From an uncultured Spirochaetota bacterium (GTDB lineage: Bacteria; Spirochaetota; Spirochaetia; SZUA-6; Fen-1364), in assembly GCA_963845535.1 (NCBI GenBank), contig CAWJSK010000012.1:512001-576000 (forward strand): a DNA stretch of 64,000 bases, read 5' to 3'. Position 1 is the first letter of the stretch. Each line of letters starts with the position of its first letter. Positions 29,904 to 39,230 of this stretch are shown here, one piece after another. The notes below the pieces were generated by a model, which saw only the letters and a program-made list of their open reading frames with translations, ran no database searches and was not told the origin of the DNA. Both the position numbers and the translations under genes were made by a program.

Positions 29904-30687
29904 TCAGGTCACGTAGAGGGCAATGCCGCGCGAGCGCGCAATCTCCACGTACTCGAGGGATATCCCCGAATCCGTGACGATCGCATCGAAATCCGACAAC
30001 GTTGCGAACAAGGACGGCGTCACGCGGCCCAGCTTGCCGGAATCCACAACGAGGATCCGCGATCTGCGAGGACTCGATGGCGGCTTTCTTCAACTCAGCC
30101 TCTGCTGCATCACGACAGGTGACCCCGAGAGAGTCGCTGACGCCGCCAGCGGAAAGGAAGGCCTTATGAGCCCTGAAGCGCCGTACGAGGGCAATCCCCT
30201 CGGCGCTTTCGCAGACGAGCGTGTCGCCTCGGAACGTTCCGCCCGCGAAAACCGCGGTGACCTTTGAGCGGCTTGCAGCCTCCAGGAGGATGTTGAGGGC
30301 AAAGCAGATCACGGTCAACGGCGCATCAACAGGAAGGCTTCGCGCAAGCCACTCCGTGGTGGATCCCGAATCGATGATCACGATATCGCCGGGCTCGACG
30401 AGGGTGGCTGCTTTTTTCCCGATTTTCATTTTTTCCTTTGCCAGGGCGCTCTCCCCTGAAACAAGAGAAAAAGCCGCACGAGGAGAATCCGCAAGCCCAA
30501 GCCGCAACTCAGCGCCACCTTTGACAAGGCGGACCCTGTTCTGCTGGGCGAGGAGCAGAAGGTCCCTCCTGACGGTCATCTCGGAGACAGAGAGTCTCTG
30601 CGACAACTCCTCGATTGAGGTTGCCCCGTCTCCGCGGAGGGATTCAAGAATCTGGGCGATCCTGTCCTGCCTCTTTTTCGTCGCCAT
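29904..30687 (-). CDS. DeoR/GlpR family transcriptional regulator; frameshifted at about 30060
   Basis: VSEMTVRRDL HTH, IDSGSTT; the conserved C-terminus ILVVDSGKLG...FDAIVTDSG continues in another frame to TGA at 29904. Confidence 0.85.
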
Positions 30688-30723
30688 CAGTTTTCGATCC
30701 CGTTGGGAGACATATAGTAACAT

Positions 30724-30837
30724 TTGTATTGTTCTTTTTCAACAATACAATTACAAAAATGAGCTTTCATGACGCTTTTTATCTTGACAATTGTCATAAA
30801 ATAGTTAATAATTCCGAAAGCTGTTATAAAATAACAG
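30724..30837. promoter_or_regulatory. AT-rich divergent control region with palindromic operator candidates
   Basis: TTGTATTGTT-N7-AACAATACAA (30724-30750), TTGACA (30784-30789) overlapping TGACAATTGTCA, CTGTTAT-AAA-ATAACAG (30821-30837). Confidence 0.6.
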
Positions 30838-30839
30838 TT

Positions 30840-30908
30840 AAAGTCCGTGGACCAAAGCAATTGGGAGGCCCGTCAACGTTGACGGGAGCTGGTCCACGGG
30901 CTTTTTTT
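30840..30908 (+). terminator. Long intrinsic terminator / attenuator-like structure
   Basis: 15 bp outer stem (30840-30854 with 30890-30904), inner 18 nt palindrome (30869-30886), T7 tract. Confidence 0.7.
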
Positions 30909-31100
30909 CTGCTCTGCCCTGTGATCGACAGCTTGCCCTATGGCATGATGTGCGGCGCGCTTCGCGCACCTATAAAAAAGGCCAATAGTGTCCAAAAACT
31001 TGCAAGAATCGCGAATTGCATAGGAACGCGGGTCAGGCGTTGCTGGTCAGGCACCTTCGCGACGGGGTCACGCGGGGCGACGCGTTAGTCAGGCGCTTTA

Positions 31101-31130
31101 TTGACTGAATGAATCATTCAGTTATATGAT
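31101..31130 (+). promoter_or_regulatory. tetR promoter with overlapping operator
   Basis: TTGACT-18-TATGAT; palindrome ACTGAATGAATCATTCAGT (31104-31122). Confidence 0.75.
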
Positions 31131-31136
31131 CGACGC

Positions 31137-31850
31137 ATGACAAAGAAAAGGCTGCTGTCACGAATGGATCAGCTACTTGAGGCTTCGGCGAAAGTGTTCA
31201 TCTCACGCGGCTACAAGCGGGCTGCCATGTCGGAAATCGCCAGAGAGATGGGGGTCGCTCCGGGGACCATCTACCTCTACGTTGAAAGCAAGGAAGCGCT
31301 CTTCCACCTGCTGGTAATGCGCACGGCAATCAACGCGGGGCCGGAAGCTCCTGACCTGCCAGTACGGACACCGCCGCCCGGGGCTACGATCGAAATGCTT
31401 CGACACGCGTTGACCCTTGAAGCATATGCGCCAAAGCTGGCCGCTGTGCTTCGGGCTCCGGATAGGCGCGCTTTCACTGACGTGGAGGCAATCCTGACGG
31501 AGCTCTACGATAACGCCTACGCGCGGAGAATCGGCATCGACCTCATCGAAATGTCGGCCATCGACTGGCCCGAGATGTCGGATGTCTTCTACGAAGGATT
31601 GAGGACGCCTCTCGTAAAGGCGCTCTCGGAATACCTGCAACGCGGCATAGCTGCCGGGGCATTTCGGCCGGTACCAAGCGTGCGCGTGGCCGCGCGGTTC
31701 CTTGTGGAGACAATCGCCTGGTTTGCAATCCATCGACATGGTGATCCCCGGCCGAAGGACTTCAGCGATGATGAGGCCCGCGCCGGGGTCATCGCCCTCA
31801 TGACCGCGACAGTCAAGGAAGAAGCGCGCGGACGCGGACGGCAAACGTGA
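31137..31850 (+). CDS. TetR/AcrR family transcriptional regulator
   Basis: F..RGY....MSEIAREMGVAPGTIYLYVESKEALF. Confidence 0.92.
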   Translation: MTKKRLLSRMDQLLEASAKVFISRGYKRAAMSEIAREMGVAPGTIYLYVESKEALFHLLVMRTAINAGPEAPDLPVRTPPPGATIEMLRHALTLEAYAPKLAAVLRAPDRRAFTDVEAILTELYDNAYARRIGIDLIEMSAIDWPEMSDVFYEGLRTPLVKALSEYLQRGIAAGAFRPVPSVRVAARFLVETIAWFAIHRHGDPRPKDFSDDEARAGVIALMTATVKEEARGRGRQT

Positions 31851-33253
31851 AGGAAGCCCTGGACCCCGTTGTCGAGATGGCCGAAGCGCCCATCGGCCGC
31901 CTCCTCCTGAAGTTTTCCATTCCCACAATCGCCATGATGCTCGTGAACGGCCTGTACAACACGATAGATCAGGTCTTCATCGGGCATGGAATGGGAACGG
32001 TGGGGATTGCGGCAGTAACGGCTGCATTTCCCCTGATGCTCCTGTCGGTGGCAATTGGCAGTCTTTTTGGCGCGGGCGCCACCACCCTCATCTCGATCAG
32101 CCTGGGCGCGGGGCGCGCGGAGGAAGCGCGATCTCTCCTGGGCCAGGCGTTTGCGGCTTCAATCCTGGCCGCGGCCGTGATTGCCTTGCTCACTCTCGCT
32201 TTCATGTCGCCCGTCCTGCGGCTCCTGGGAGCCACCCCGGCGCTCCTTCCTTTTGCCCGCCGGTACTTGTCCATCGTCTCAATCGGCTTCCTCTTCCAGA
32301 TCCCCTCCATGGCCACAGGCGGCTCTCTCCGAGCGCAAGGAAGGCCGCGGGCTGCGGTGATCGCCGTCATCTGCGGCGTGGCGGTGAACGCGGCCCTGGC
32401 TCCACTTTTTATTTTCGGCTTCCACGCGGGGCTTGCCGGGGCGGCCGCGGCCACGGTAACGGCGCAGGCAGTGGTCTTTGTGTTGACTCTCACGTTCATC
32501 CAAGGCGGAAAAAGCAGGCTCAGGATCATGAAAAGCGCCATGAGGCCGCGCGCCGCCGCGGTGGGGAAAATGGTGACCCTTGGCGCCCCGGCGGCGCTGG
32601 CAAACATCATCCAGCTTGCAGTCTTTGCCGTGGCCAACACGAGCATCGCGGCTTATGGAGGGGATCTGGGAATTGCGATGGTCGGCATCGTCAACTCCCT
32701 GTACCGCCTCTTCTCTTTTCCCGTGGAGGGTATCACGCAAGGGGCACAGGCGCTCTGGGGCTACAACCACGGAGCGGGGAAACCCGCCCGCGTGAGGTCC
32801 ATCACGTTCCATGCCATGGCCTGGGCAACCGCGGTCAGCGTCCTTTGCACGCTTCTGATCGAGCTTTTCCCCCGGGGCTTCGTGTCCTTGTTCAATGGGA
32901 GCGACGCTCAGTTTCTTCGGCTGGGTTCGCATGGACTTGCGATATTCTTTCTCGGGTTCTTCGCGTACGGCGCGCGCTCCGTGTCCGCTCAGTTCTTCCA
33001 GTCCGTCGGCAGGCCGGCGGAAACCACGGTCCTGCTCCTGGGGCGGAATGTCCTTCTGATAGCCGGCATGATCGTTCTCCCTCGCTGGCTCGCCCTTGAC
33101 GGCGTGCTGTGGGCCGGATCCGCAAGCGAGATCCTGACCGCGGCCATAAGCGTTCCGCTCCTGGCGCGCGGCCTGAGAAACCGCTACTATCGCCCACATG
33201 CAGGAACAGGACGCCAGGGAGCAGATTGTGGAGGCAGGGAAGCGCCTCCGTGA
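31847..33253 (+). CDS. MATE family efflux transporter (MepA-like)
   Basis: FSIPTI...LYNTIDQVFIG, GYNHGAG, about 12 TM; GTGA coupling to tetR. Confidence 0.9.
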   Translation: MKEALDPVVEMAEAPIGRLLLKFSIPTIAMMLVNGLYNTIDQVFIGHGMGTVGIAAVTAAFPLMLLSVAIGSLFGAGATTLISISLGAGRAEEARSLLGQAFAASILAAAVIALLTLAFMSPVLRLLGATPALLPFARRYLSIVSIGFLFQIPSMATGGSLRAQGRPRAAVIAVICGVAVNAALAPLFIFGFHAGLAGAAAATVTAQAVVFVLTLTFIQGGKSRLRIMKSAMRPRAAAVGKMVTLGAPAALANIIQLAVFAVANTSIAAYGGDLGIAMVGIVNSLYRLFSFPVEGITQGAQALWGYNHGAGKPARVRSITFHAMAWATAVSVLCTLLIELFPRGFVSLFNGSDAQFLRLGSHGLAIFFLGFFAYGARSVSAQFFQSVGRPAETTVLLLGRNVLLIAGMIVLPRWLALDGVLWAGSASEILTAAISVPLLARGLRNRYYRPHAGTGRQGADCGGREAPP

Positions 33254-33932
33254 CAGGTTCTTCATCGCGGCCAATGACGGGAACATCAGCGCGCGGCTGT
33301 CGGAAAACGAGCTCCTCATCACTCCCACCACCGTGAACAAGGGTGACGTCACCACTGACCAGATCCTCAAGATCGACATGCAGGGCAACGTCATCTCGGG
33401 AAGCAAGCGCCCCAGCTCGGAAACGAAAATGCACCTCGCGGTGTATCGTGCGCGGCCTGACGTCACGGCCATCGTCCACGCCCATCCCCCTGCCGCCACC
33501 GGGTTCGCCGCGTGCCACATCCGACTGGATGCGGACGTGATTCTCCCCGAGGTGGTGTTCGGCCTCGGCAAGGTGGGATTTGCGGAGTACGGGACTCCCT
33601 CCACGGAGGAAATCCCGAATGCCGTTGAAAAGGAGATCCCCGGCTGCGACGCCATCCTTCTGTCCAACCATGGTGCGCTCACGGTTGGGGCCGACGTGAT
33701 GCAGGCGTACTACCGCATGGAAGTGCTGGAGATGTATGCGCGGGTGCGCCTCGTGACGAAGATCCTCGGCGAGCCCAAGCCGCTCTCTCAAGCGGAGATT
33801 GCCGAGCTTTACAAGGTCCGCGAAAAGCAGGGATGGGGAAAGGCGAAGCCCGGCCTGGAGGACGTGGATCCGCGCCTGGTGGACATCATTGCCAGGATTG
33901 TCATGGGAGTTCTGGAGCAGCGCGGCAGATAG
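33198..33932 (+). CDS. Class II aldolase/adducin family protein (FucA-like) with C-terminal amphipathic helix
   Basis: ANDGNIS, PSSETKMH, VHAHPP, LSNHGAL Zn motifs. Confidence 0.92.
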   Translation: MQEQDAREQIVEAGKRLRDRFFIAANDGNISARLSENELLITPTTVNKGDVTTDQILKIDMQGNVISGSKRPSSETKMHLAVYRARPDVTAIVHAHPPAATGFAACHIRLDADVILPEVVFGLGKVGFAEYGTPSTEEIPNAVEKEIPGCDAILLSNHGALTVGADVMQAYYRMEVLEMYARVRLVTKILGEPKPLSQAEIAELYKVREKQGWGKAKPGLEDVDPRLVDIIARIVMGVLEQRGR

Positions 33933-33940
33933 AACGGGAC

Positions 33941-34945
33941 CTACTGCGCTTGCAGCACCGCGATCATAGCGGCGATATTCTCAGGCTTCGCGTCCTTGGG
34001 AATGTCGTGGGCGGGGGAAGCGATATAGCCGCCGTTCCTGCCTATTCGCTCCAGGAGGCGCCTCACTTCGTCCTTCACCTCCGGGACTGTTCCGTACGGA
34101 AGCGTCTTCTGCGTGCTGATTCCCCCGAAGAATGACAACCGGTCCCCGTAGCGGCGCTTCATGTCGTACACGTCCATGACCTCCGGCTGGAACGGGTTGA
34201 ACACGTCGAGCCCGCTTTCGATCAAGTCAGGAAAGAGCTCGTCCACCTTGCCGCAGGAGTGGATAAACACTTTTTTCCCCTTGGATTTTACCAAGCCGTA
34301 CATCTGTCGGACGCGCGGTCCGATCAGCTCGCGCCACAGGGCCGGCCCCATGATGAGGCCGCGCTGCTGGCCCCAGTCGTCACCGAAACGCATTGCATCT
34401 ATGGGATAGGCGCATGCCTTCTCGATGAGCTTCAGGTTGAAGTCCAGGATCCGGTCCAGCAACCCGTTCAGGAACGATGTGTCATCCACCATCGCCATGA
34501 GGACCCGTTCCATGCCGGCAAGGGTCCACGCCCTCTCGAACAGGCTGAACCCGATGCTTGCCACCACAAACGCATCACGGCGGCCCGCCATCTGCGCTTC
34601 CCAGTCCTCGAAGCGCGATGGGTCGAGCGGATCAGGGAACGGATACGAACCGAGGTTCTCCGGGGTGAGCGGAGAATTGCAGACGGTGCCGATGTCCGCG
34701 TCCAGTGTCCTGTCCCACTGGACGCCGAACTGGTCTTCCCAGATCTCGCCGTGGAGCCGGCGCCAGGAGGTTTTCGGCTCCGTCTCCAGCATCAGCAGGC
34801 AGTTGCCAAGGGATGACTCGAAGTGCGGGTCCGCGTACCAGCGAGCCATGCCCTCCCGGGCCGGAGCGGTGAAACTGATGTGGTACGGCGTCTTGTCCGG
34901 CTGCTTGTGCGACAGCGCCGCGCCGACCCTCTCACGCGCGTTCAT
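33941..34945 (-). CDS. Uroporphyrinogen decarboxylase / MT2 methyltransferase-fold family protein
   Basis: MNARERV, GDDWGQQ, IHSCG, GGISTQ..LP.GT, GYIASPAH. Confidence 0.88.
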   Translation of the reverse strand: MNARERVGAALSHKQPDKTPYHISFTAPAREGMARWYADPHFESSLGNCLLMLETEPKTSWRRLHGEIWEDQFGVQWDRTLDADIGTVCNSPLTPENLGSYPFPDPLDPSRFEDWEAQMAGRRDAFVVASIGFSLFERAWTLAGMERVLMAMVDDTSFLNGLLDRILDFNLKLIEKACAYPIDAMRFGDDWGQQRGLIMGPALWRELIGPRVRQMYGLVKSKGKKVFIHSCGKVDELFPDLIESGLDVFNPFQPEVMDVYDMKRRYGDRLSFFGGISTQKTLPYGTVPEVKDEVRRLLERIGRNGGYIASPAHDIPKDAKPENIAAMIAVLQAQ

Positions 34946-36720
34946 TTTGCGGGCTCTTCATTTCGGATGGCGAGGTGCAGCTCCTCGAGCTGCTTCGGGT
35001 CCACCTCTGACGGAGAGTCATCCATGGGGCATTGCCCCAGCGTGTTCTTGGGGAACGCGATGACCTCCCGAATGGTCCCTTCTCCCGCCATCATTGCCAC
35101 CAGCCTGTCGAATCCGGGGGCGATTCCGCCGTGCGGAGGCGGCCCATAGCGGAATGCTTCCAGGAGGAAGCCGAAGCGCTGCTGGGCTTGCTCTTCGGAG
35201 AAACCGAGGAACCGGAATATCCTCTTCTGAAGCTCCGGGTCATGGATCCTGATGGAACCGGATGCAAGCTCGACGCCATTGCACACCAGGTCATACAGGT
35301 CTCCTTTGACCTCCGCCGGTCTCTTCTCGAAATCCGCCAGGAACCTTTCCTGGGGCATTGTGAACATGTGGTGCGCGGGGTCCCACTTTTTGAGCTCCTC
35401 GTTCCACTCGAAGAGGGGGAAATCGATGATCCAGCAGAAACGGAAATCTCCTTCCGCGGCAAGATTCAAGTCCTTCCCGAACTGCGTTCGCACGGCGCCA
35501 AGTGAGACGCACGCCCTGCGCGCGTCCGCCCCAACCATGAGGATCAGGTCACCGGGCTTTGCCCCCAGGCTTTCGCGGATGGCTGCCGCCTGATCCGCAT
35601 AGAACTTGGAGACCCCGCCCTCGAGGCCCTGCTCCGTGACCTTCATGGAGGCGAGCCCCGCGGCACCGTACACCTTGGCCACCCCTTCCAGTTCCCCGAT
35701 CTGCTTGCGCGAGTAGTCTCCGCAGCCGGGAGCAACGAGCGCCTTCACCGCGCCGCCTGATTCCACGACTTTCTTGAAAACCTCGAAGCTGCCCTTCTTT
35801 GCAAAGGCAACGAAGTCCTTCAGCTCCAGCCCGAAGCGGAGGTCCGGCTTGTCCGAGCCGTAGCGGTTCATGGCATCATCATACGCGAGCCTCTGGAAAG
35901 GCACGGTGATGTCCGTGGTGATGGACTTCTTGAAGATGTGGGCCATGAGGCCCTCCACCACCTCGAACACGTCCTCCCGGGAGACGAAGCTCATCTCGAT
36001 GTCGATCTGCGTGAACTCCGGCTGCCTGTCCCCGCGCGCGTCTTCGTCACGGAAGCAACGGGCAATCTGGAAGTACCTGTCGAACCCGGACACCATCAGG
36101 ATCTGCTTGTAGAGCTGCGGTGACTGTGGAAGCGCATAGAACCGCCCCGGGTTCAGCCGTGACGGCACCAGATAGTCCCGCGCGCCTTCCGGCGTGCTCT
36201 TGATGAACATCGGCGTGTCGATTTCGAAAAACCCGCGGGCCACGAGGTACTCACGGGCGGCAAACGCGGCGGTATGACGCAGCGCTATGTTGCGCTGCAT
36301 CCGGGCTGTCCGCAGGTCTATGTAGCGGTACTTGAAGCGGGTGTCTTCCTTGGCGTCCGCTTTCTCATCCACCATGAAGGGAAGGACTTCGCAACGGCTC
36401 AAGATCTCGATCTTCTCCGCCTTGACCTCGATCTCACCGGTGGGCATGCCAGGGTTCGCCATGGCGGGCGGCCGGGGCCGCACCGTGCCCTCCACGGCGA
36501 CGCAGTATTCGAACTTCAACTGCCTGCCTGTTTCGGCCAGCTCAGGGGATGCGTCTGAATCCACCACCACCTGCGTGAGCCCATAGCGGTCCCGCAGGTC
36601 GAAGAATCGGATCCCGCCATGGTCACGGTGCCTGTGCACCCAGCCGTTCAGGATGACGCGCCGGCCGGCGTCTTTTGCCCGAAGCGCGCCGCAGGTGTCG
36701 GTTCTCTTCATGTTCTCCAT
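34942..36720 (-). CDS. aspS: Aspartate--tRNA ligase (RDHGG suggests a non-discriminating Asp/Asn type)
   Basis: STPEGARDY, ALPQSPQLYKQ, RCFRDED, GPPPHGGIAPG, VIAFPK. Confidence 0.97.
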   Translation of the reverse strand: MENMKRTDTCGALRAKDAGRRVILNGWVHRHRDHGGIRFFDLRDRYGLTQVVVDSDASPELAETGRQLKFEYCVAVEGTVRPRPPAMANPGMPTGEIEVKAEKIEILSRCEVLPFMVDEKADAKEDTRFKYRYIDLRTARMQRNIALRHTAAFAAREYLVARGFFEIDTPMFIKSTPEGARDYLVPSRLNPGRFYALPQSPQLYKQILMVSGFDRYFQIARCFRDEDARGDRQPEFTQIDIEMSFVSREDVFEVVEGLMAHIFKKSITTDITVPFQRLAYDDAMNRYGSDKPDLRFGLELKDFVAFAKKGSFEVFKKVVESGGAVKALVAPGCGDYSRKQIGELEGVAKVYGAAGLASMKVTEQGLEGGVSKFYADQAAAIRESLGAKPGDLILMVGADARRACVSLGAVRTQFGKDLNLAAEGDFRFCWIIDFPLFEWNEELKKWDPAHHMFTMPQERFLADFEKRPAEVKGDLYDLVCNGVELASGSIRIHDPELQKRIFRFLGFSEEQAQQRFGFLLEAFRYGPPPHGGIAPGFDRLVAMMAGEGTIREVIAFPKNTLGQCPMDDSPSEVDPKQLEELHLAIRNEEPAK

Positions 36721-36813
36721 GCGAGCGACTATAGCGCTAGGGCGCGACGGTGTGCAAGGAAGGCGGCCCGGGTTGCTGCGGCCGCGCCAGTCCGGTTGTG
36801 ATATGATGCCGGC

Positions 36814-38058
36814 GTGATTGTCACTCCGTATTCACTCGTGCTTTTTGCCGCCTCTTTCACCGTCCTGGTGGCTGGCAACTCGGCCTGGCGCAAACGCGAA
36901 GCGCCAGGCGGCCTGACGCTGGCGCTCATGTTTCTTTCGATTGCCGTATGGTCTTTCTTCTCTGCCATGGAGACCACCTCCCTGGACGCCTCACACAGGT
37001 ACCTGTGGAACGCGGTAAGCTACGTGGGCCTGTGCAACGTCGCACCGTTCTTTCTCGTCTTCGCAATTCAATACTCCGAGTCCGGCTGGCCGCTCTCTGC
37101 GGGAATGATTGCATTCTTCTGGGCCATTCCCGTTGTCACCATCGGCCTTGCATTCACCAACGGCCTCCATCACCTCATATGGACAGGCTTCACCCCCGGT
37201 CCCGTTCGGGGGACCAACACCGTCGTGTACAGCCACGGACCGTGGTACTTCATTGCCGTTCTCTGGTTTTTCGTCACGTGCCTTCTTGGGATGTACCATA
37301 TCCTGAGGGTGGCCATCAGGGCGGCGCGGCTCTATGTGGCGCAGGCGGTTACCCTCATCCTCTCGGTGCTCATACCGTGGGCGGGGTTCCTTCTCTTCAT
37401 CCTCCCGGGGGACCCTGTCGCCGGGCTGGACACGCTGTCTCTGGGATTCGTTGTCAGCGCTCTTCTGGTCCTGGCCGCCTACAATCGGCTGCACTTCCTG
37501 GACCTTGTCCCCAAAGCGCGCGCTGCCCTGGTGGAGCGAATGTCGGACGGGTTCCTCGTGCTGGACGTTACGGACAGGATCATCGACATCAATTCGATGG
37601 CGGCGGATCTTCTGGGGATAAGCTCCCGTGTGATCGGAAGACCGCTTGGCGACGTCTCCCCTTCTTTGGGCGGTCTCCTGGCAGGGGATTCTCAGGAGAA
37701 GACGCTGTCTTTGAACCGCCCCCAGGATCCGGACATGACGCTCGAGGTTTCCGTCACGTGCCTTTCCAGGAGGTCTGGAAAACGCACGGGAAGGCTGCTC
37801 CTTGTTCGAAACATCACGGAGCGGCGCCGCGCGGAGAAGGAGCGTGAGAAGCTGATTGCCGAGCTGAGTGCCGCGCTTGCGAACATCAAGAAACTGAGCG
37901 GCCTGCTCCCCGTCTGCGCCTCCTGCAAGAAGATTCGGGACGACAAGGGGCACTGGCACCAGATGGAGACCTACATGAAAGACCGCGCCGAGGTCGAGTT
38001 CAGCCACGGGTTGTGCCCCGAATGCATGGAGAAGCTGTACCCGGACGTGTCGCGTTAA
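36814..38058 (+). CDS. HisKA_7TM-type membrane sensor with PAS domain and Cys-rich C-terminal module; no kinase domain
   Basis: 7TM region (FTNGLHHLIW), PAS (MSDGFLVLD...IIDIN), tail LPVCASCKKIRDD...FSHGLCPEC. Confidence 0.85.
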   Translation: MIVTPYSLVLFAASFTVLVAGNSAWRKREAPGGLTLALMFLSIAVWSFFSAMETTSLDASHRYLWNAVSYVGLCNVAPFFLVFAIQYSESGWPLSAGMIAFFWAIPVVTIGLAFTNGLHHLIWTGFTPGPVRGTNTVVYSHGPWYFIAVLWFFVTCLLGMYHILRVAIRAARLYVAQAVTLILSVLIPWAGFLLFILPGDPVAGLDTLSLGFVVSALLVLAAYNRLHFLDLVPKARAALVERMSDGFLVLDVTDRIIDINSMAADLLGISSRVIGRPLGDVSPSLGGLLAGDSQEKTLSLNRPQDPDMTLEVSVTCLSRRSGKRTGRLLLVRNITERRRAEKEREKLIAELSAALANIKKLSGLLPVCASCKKIRDDKGHWHQMETYMKDRAEVEFSHGLCPECMEKLYPDVSR

Positions 38059-39209
38059 CCCCCGCGCGAGGTGAAGGCCCTGAGGGGTCTGCCCAGCTTC
38101 ATGTGCCGCGCAAGTCGAAACAGGCCGGGCCGGCTGTGGCGGAAGAACATGCGGTACGCCGGACACAGGTAGTTCAGGCCGGGCGTCCCGTCAGGCGCCG
38201 CCATGATACGGTCCTTGGGGCAACCGCCGTTGCACGCCGAAAGAACGTCGCAACGGCGGCACACCCTGGGCAGCGCGTCACGCTTCGCGTTGCCGAACCC
38301 GCGCATGCGGGGGTCACCCAGCAGCGCCGGCAGGGAACGCTCCCGCAGGTTGCCAATGAGGTGACCGACGTCCACGAAATGATCGCACATGTACAACCCT
38401 CCGTCGTGCTCGAGGACTGCAACGGTGCCGCACGTCTCCCGGTGGATGCACAACGCATGCGGCACTCCGTAGACCGGACGCAGGGCTTCATCGAACGTCT
38501 GAACGACAATCTTGCCGACGTCTTCCGCCAGCCACCTGTCGAAGACCCTGCAGAGGAAGGTCCCGATTGCCTCGGGCGCCGCGGTAGGGGCGCGCACCCC
38601 GCTCTCCGCGGATATGACCAGAGGGAGGAATTGGAGGTACTTCACCCCCAGGTCGCGGAAGAAATCGTAGACCCGGTCCGGCTCCGCTGTGTTTCCCGAG
38701 TGAAGCACGCACAGGACATTGCAGAACACTTCGTGGCGCCGCAGCAGGCGGAATGCCGCAGTGACCTGCGCATGGGTCGGGCGTCCTGCCGAGGTCTTTC
38801 GATGCGTGTCATGGAGATCAGCCGGCCCGTCCATGCTCAGCCCTATGGAAAAGTCCTCCTGTTGCAGGAATGCTGCCCACGCCTCATCCAGGTGAAGGCC
38901 GTTGGTCTGGATCCCGTTGGTGATCTTTCGCCCCGGAGGGCGATGGGCTTTCTGCAGGTCGACAATCGTACGGAAGTAGTCCACACCGAGAAGCGTCGGT
39001 TCTCCGCCATGCCATTCGAAATGCGTGGTAGGCCCGGGGGAGGACTCGAGGCGCTGCGTGATGTAGCGCTCGAGGATGTCCTCCTCCATGAGCCAGGGCC
39101 CCTGCGGGAACAGTCCCGCCGCTTTGAGATAATAACAATAGCCGCAGCGCATGTTGCACCCCGGACCTGCCGGCTTTGCCATCACGAGGCATTCGGTGGA
39201 TTCGCTCAC
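38055..39209 (-). CDS. Anaerobic sulfatase maturase (radical SAM/SPASM)
   Basis: CNMRCGYCYY, WHGGEPTL, IQTNG, CDHFV, CRRC....CNGGCPKDR, YLC. Confidence 0.93.
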   Translation of the reverse strand: MSESTECLVMAKPAGPGCNMRCGYCYYLKAAGLFPQGPWLMEEDILERYITQRLESSPGPTTHFEWHGGEPTLLGVDYFRTIVDLQKAHRPPGRKITNGIQTNGLHLDEAWAAFLQQEDFSIGLSMDGPADLHDTHRKTSAGRPTHAQVTAAFRLLRRHEVFCNVLCVLHSGNTAEPDRVYDFFRDLGVKYLQFLPLVISAESGVRAPTAAPEAIGTFLCRVFDRWLAEDVGKIVVQTFDEALRPVYGVPHALCIHRETCGTVAVLEHDGGLYMCDHFVDVGHLIGNLRERSLPALLGDPRMRGFGNAKRDALPRVCRRCDVLSACNGGCPKDRIMAAPDGTPGLNYLCPAYRMFFRHSRPGLFRLARHMKLGRPLRAFTSRGG

Positions 39210-39230
39210 GGCCGCTCCGCAACCGCTCCT

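Noticed and set aside
30615..31088. 157 aa ORF across the deoR-tetR intergenic region
   Set aside because: Overlaps the deoR start, crosses promoter and terminator, atypical composition.
31031..31095. GTCAGGC-like motif occurring 3-4 times upstream of tetR
   Set aside because: Irregular spacing and short length in GC-rich DNA; not a CRISPR or iteron array.
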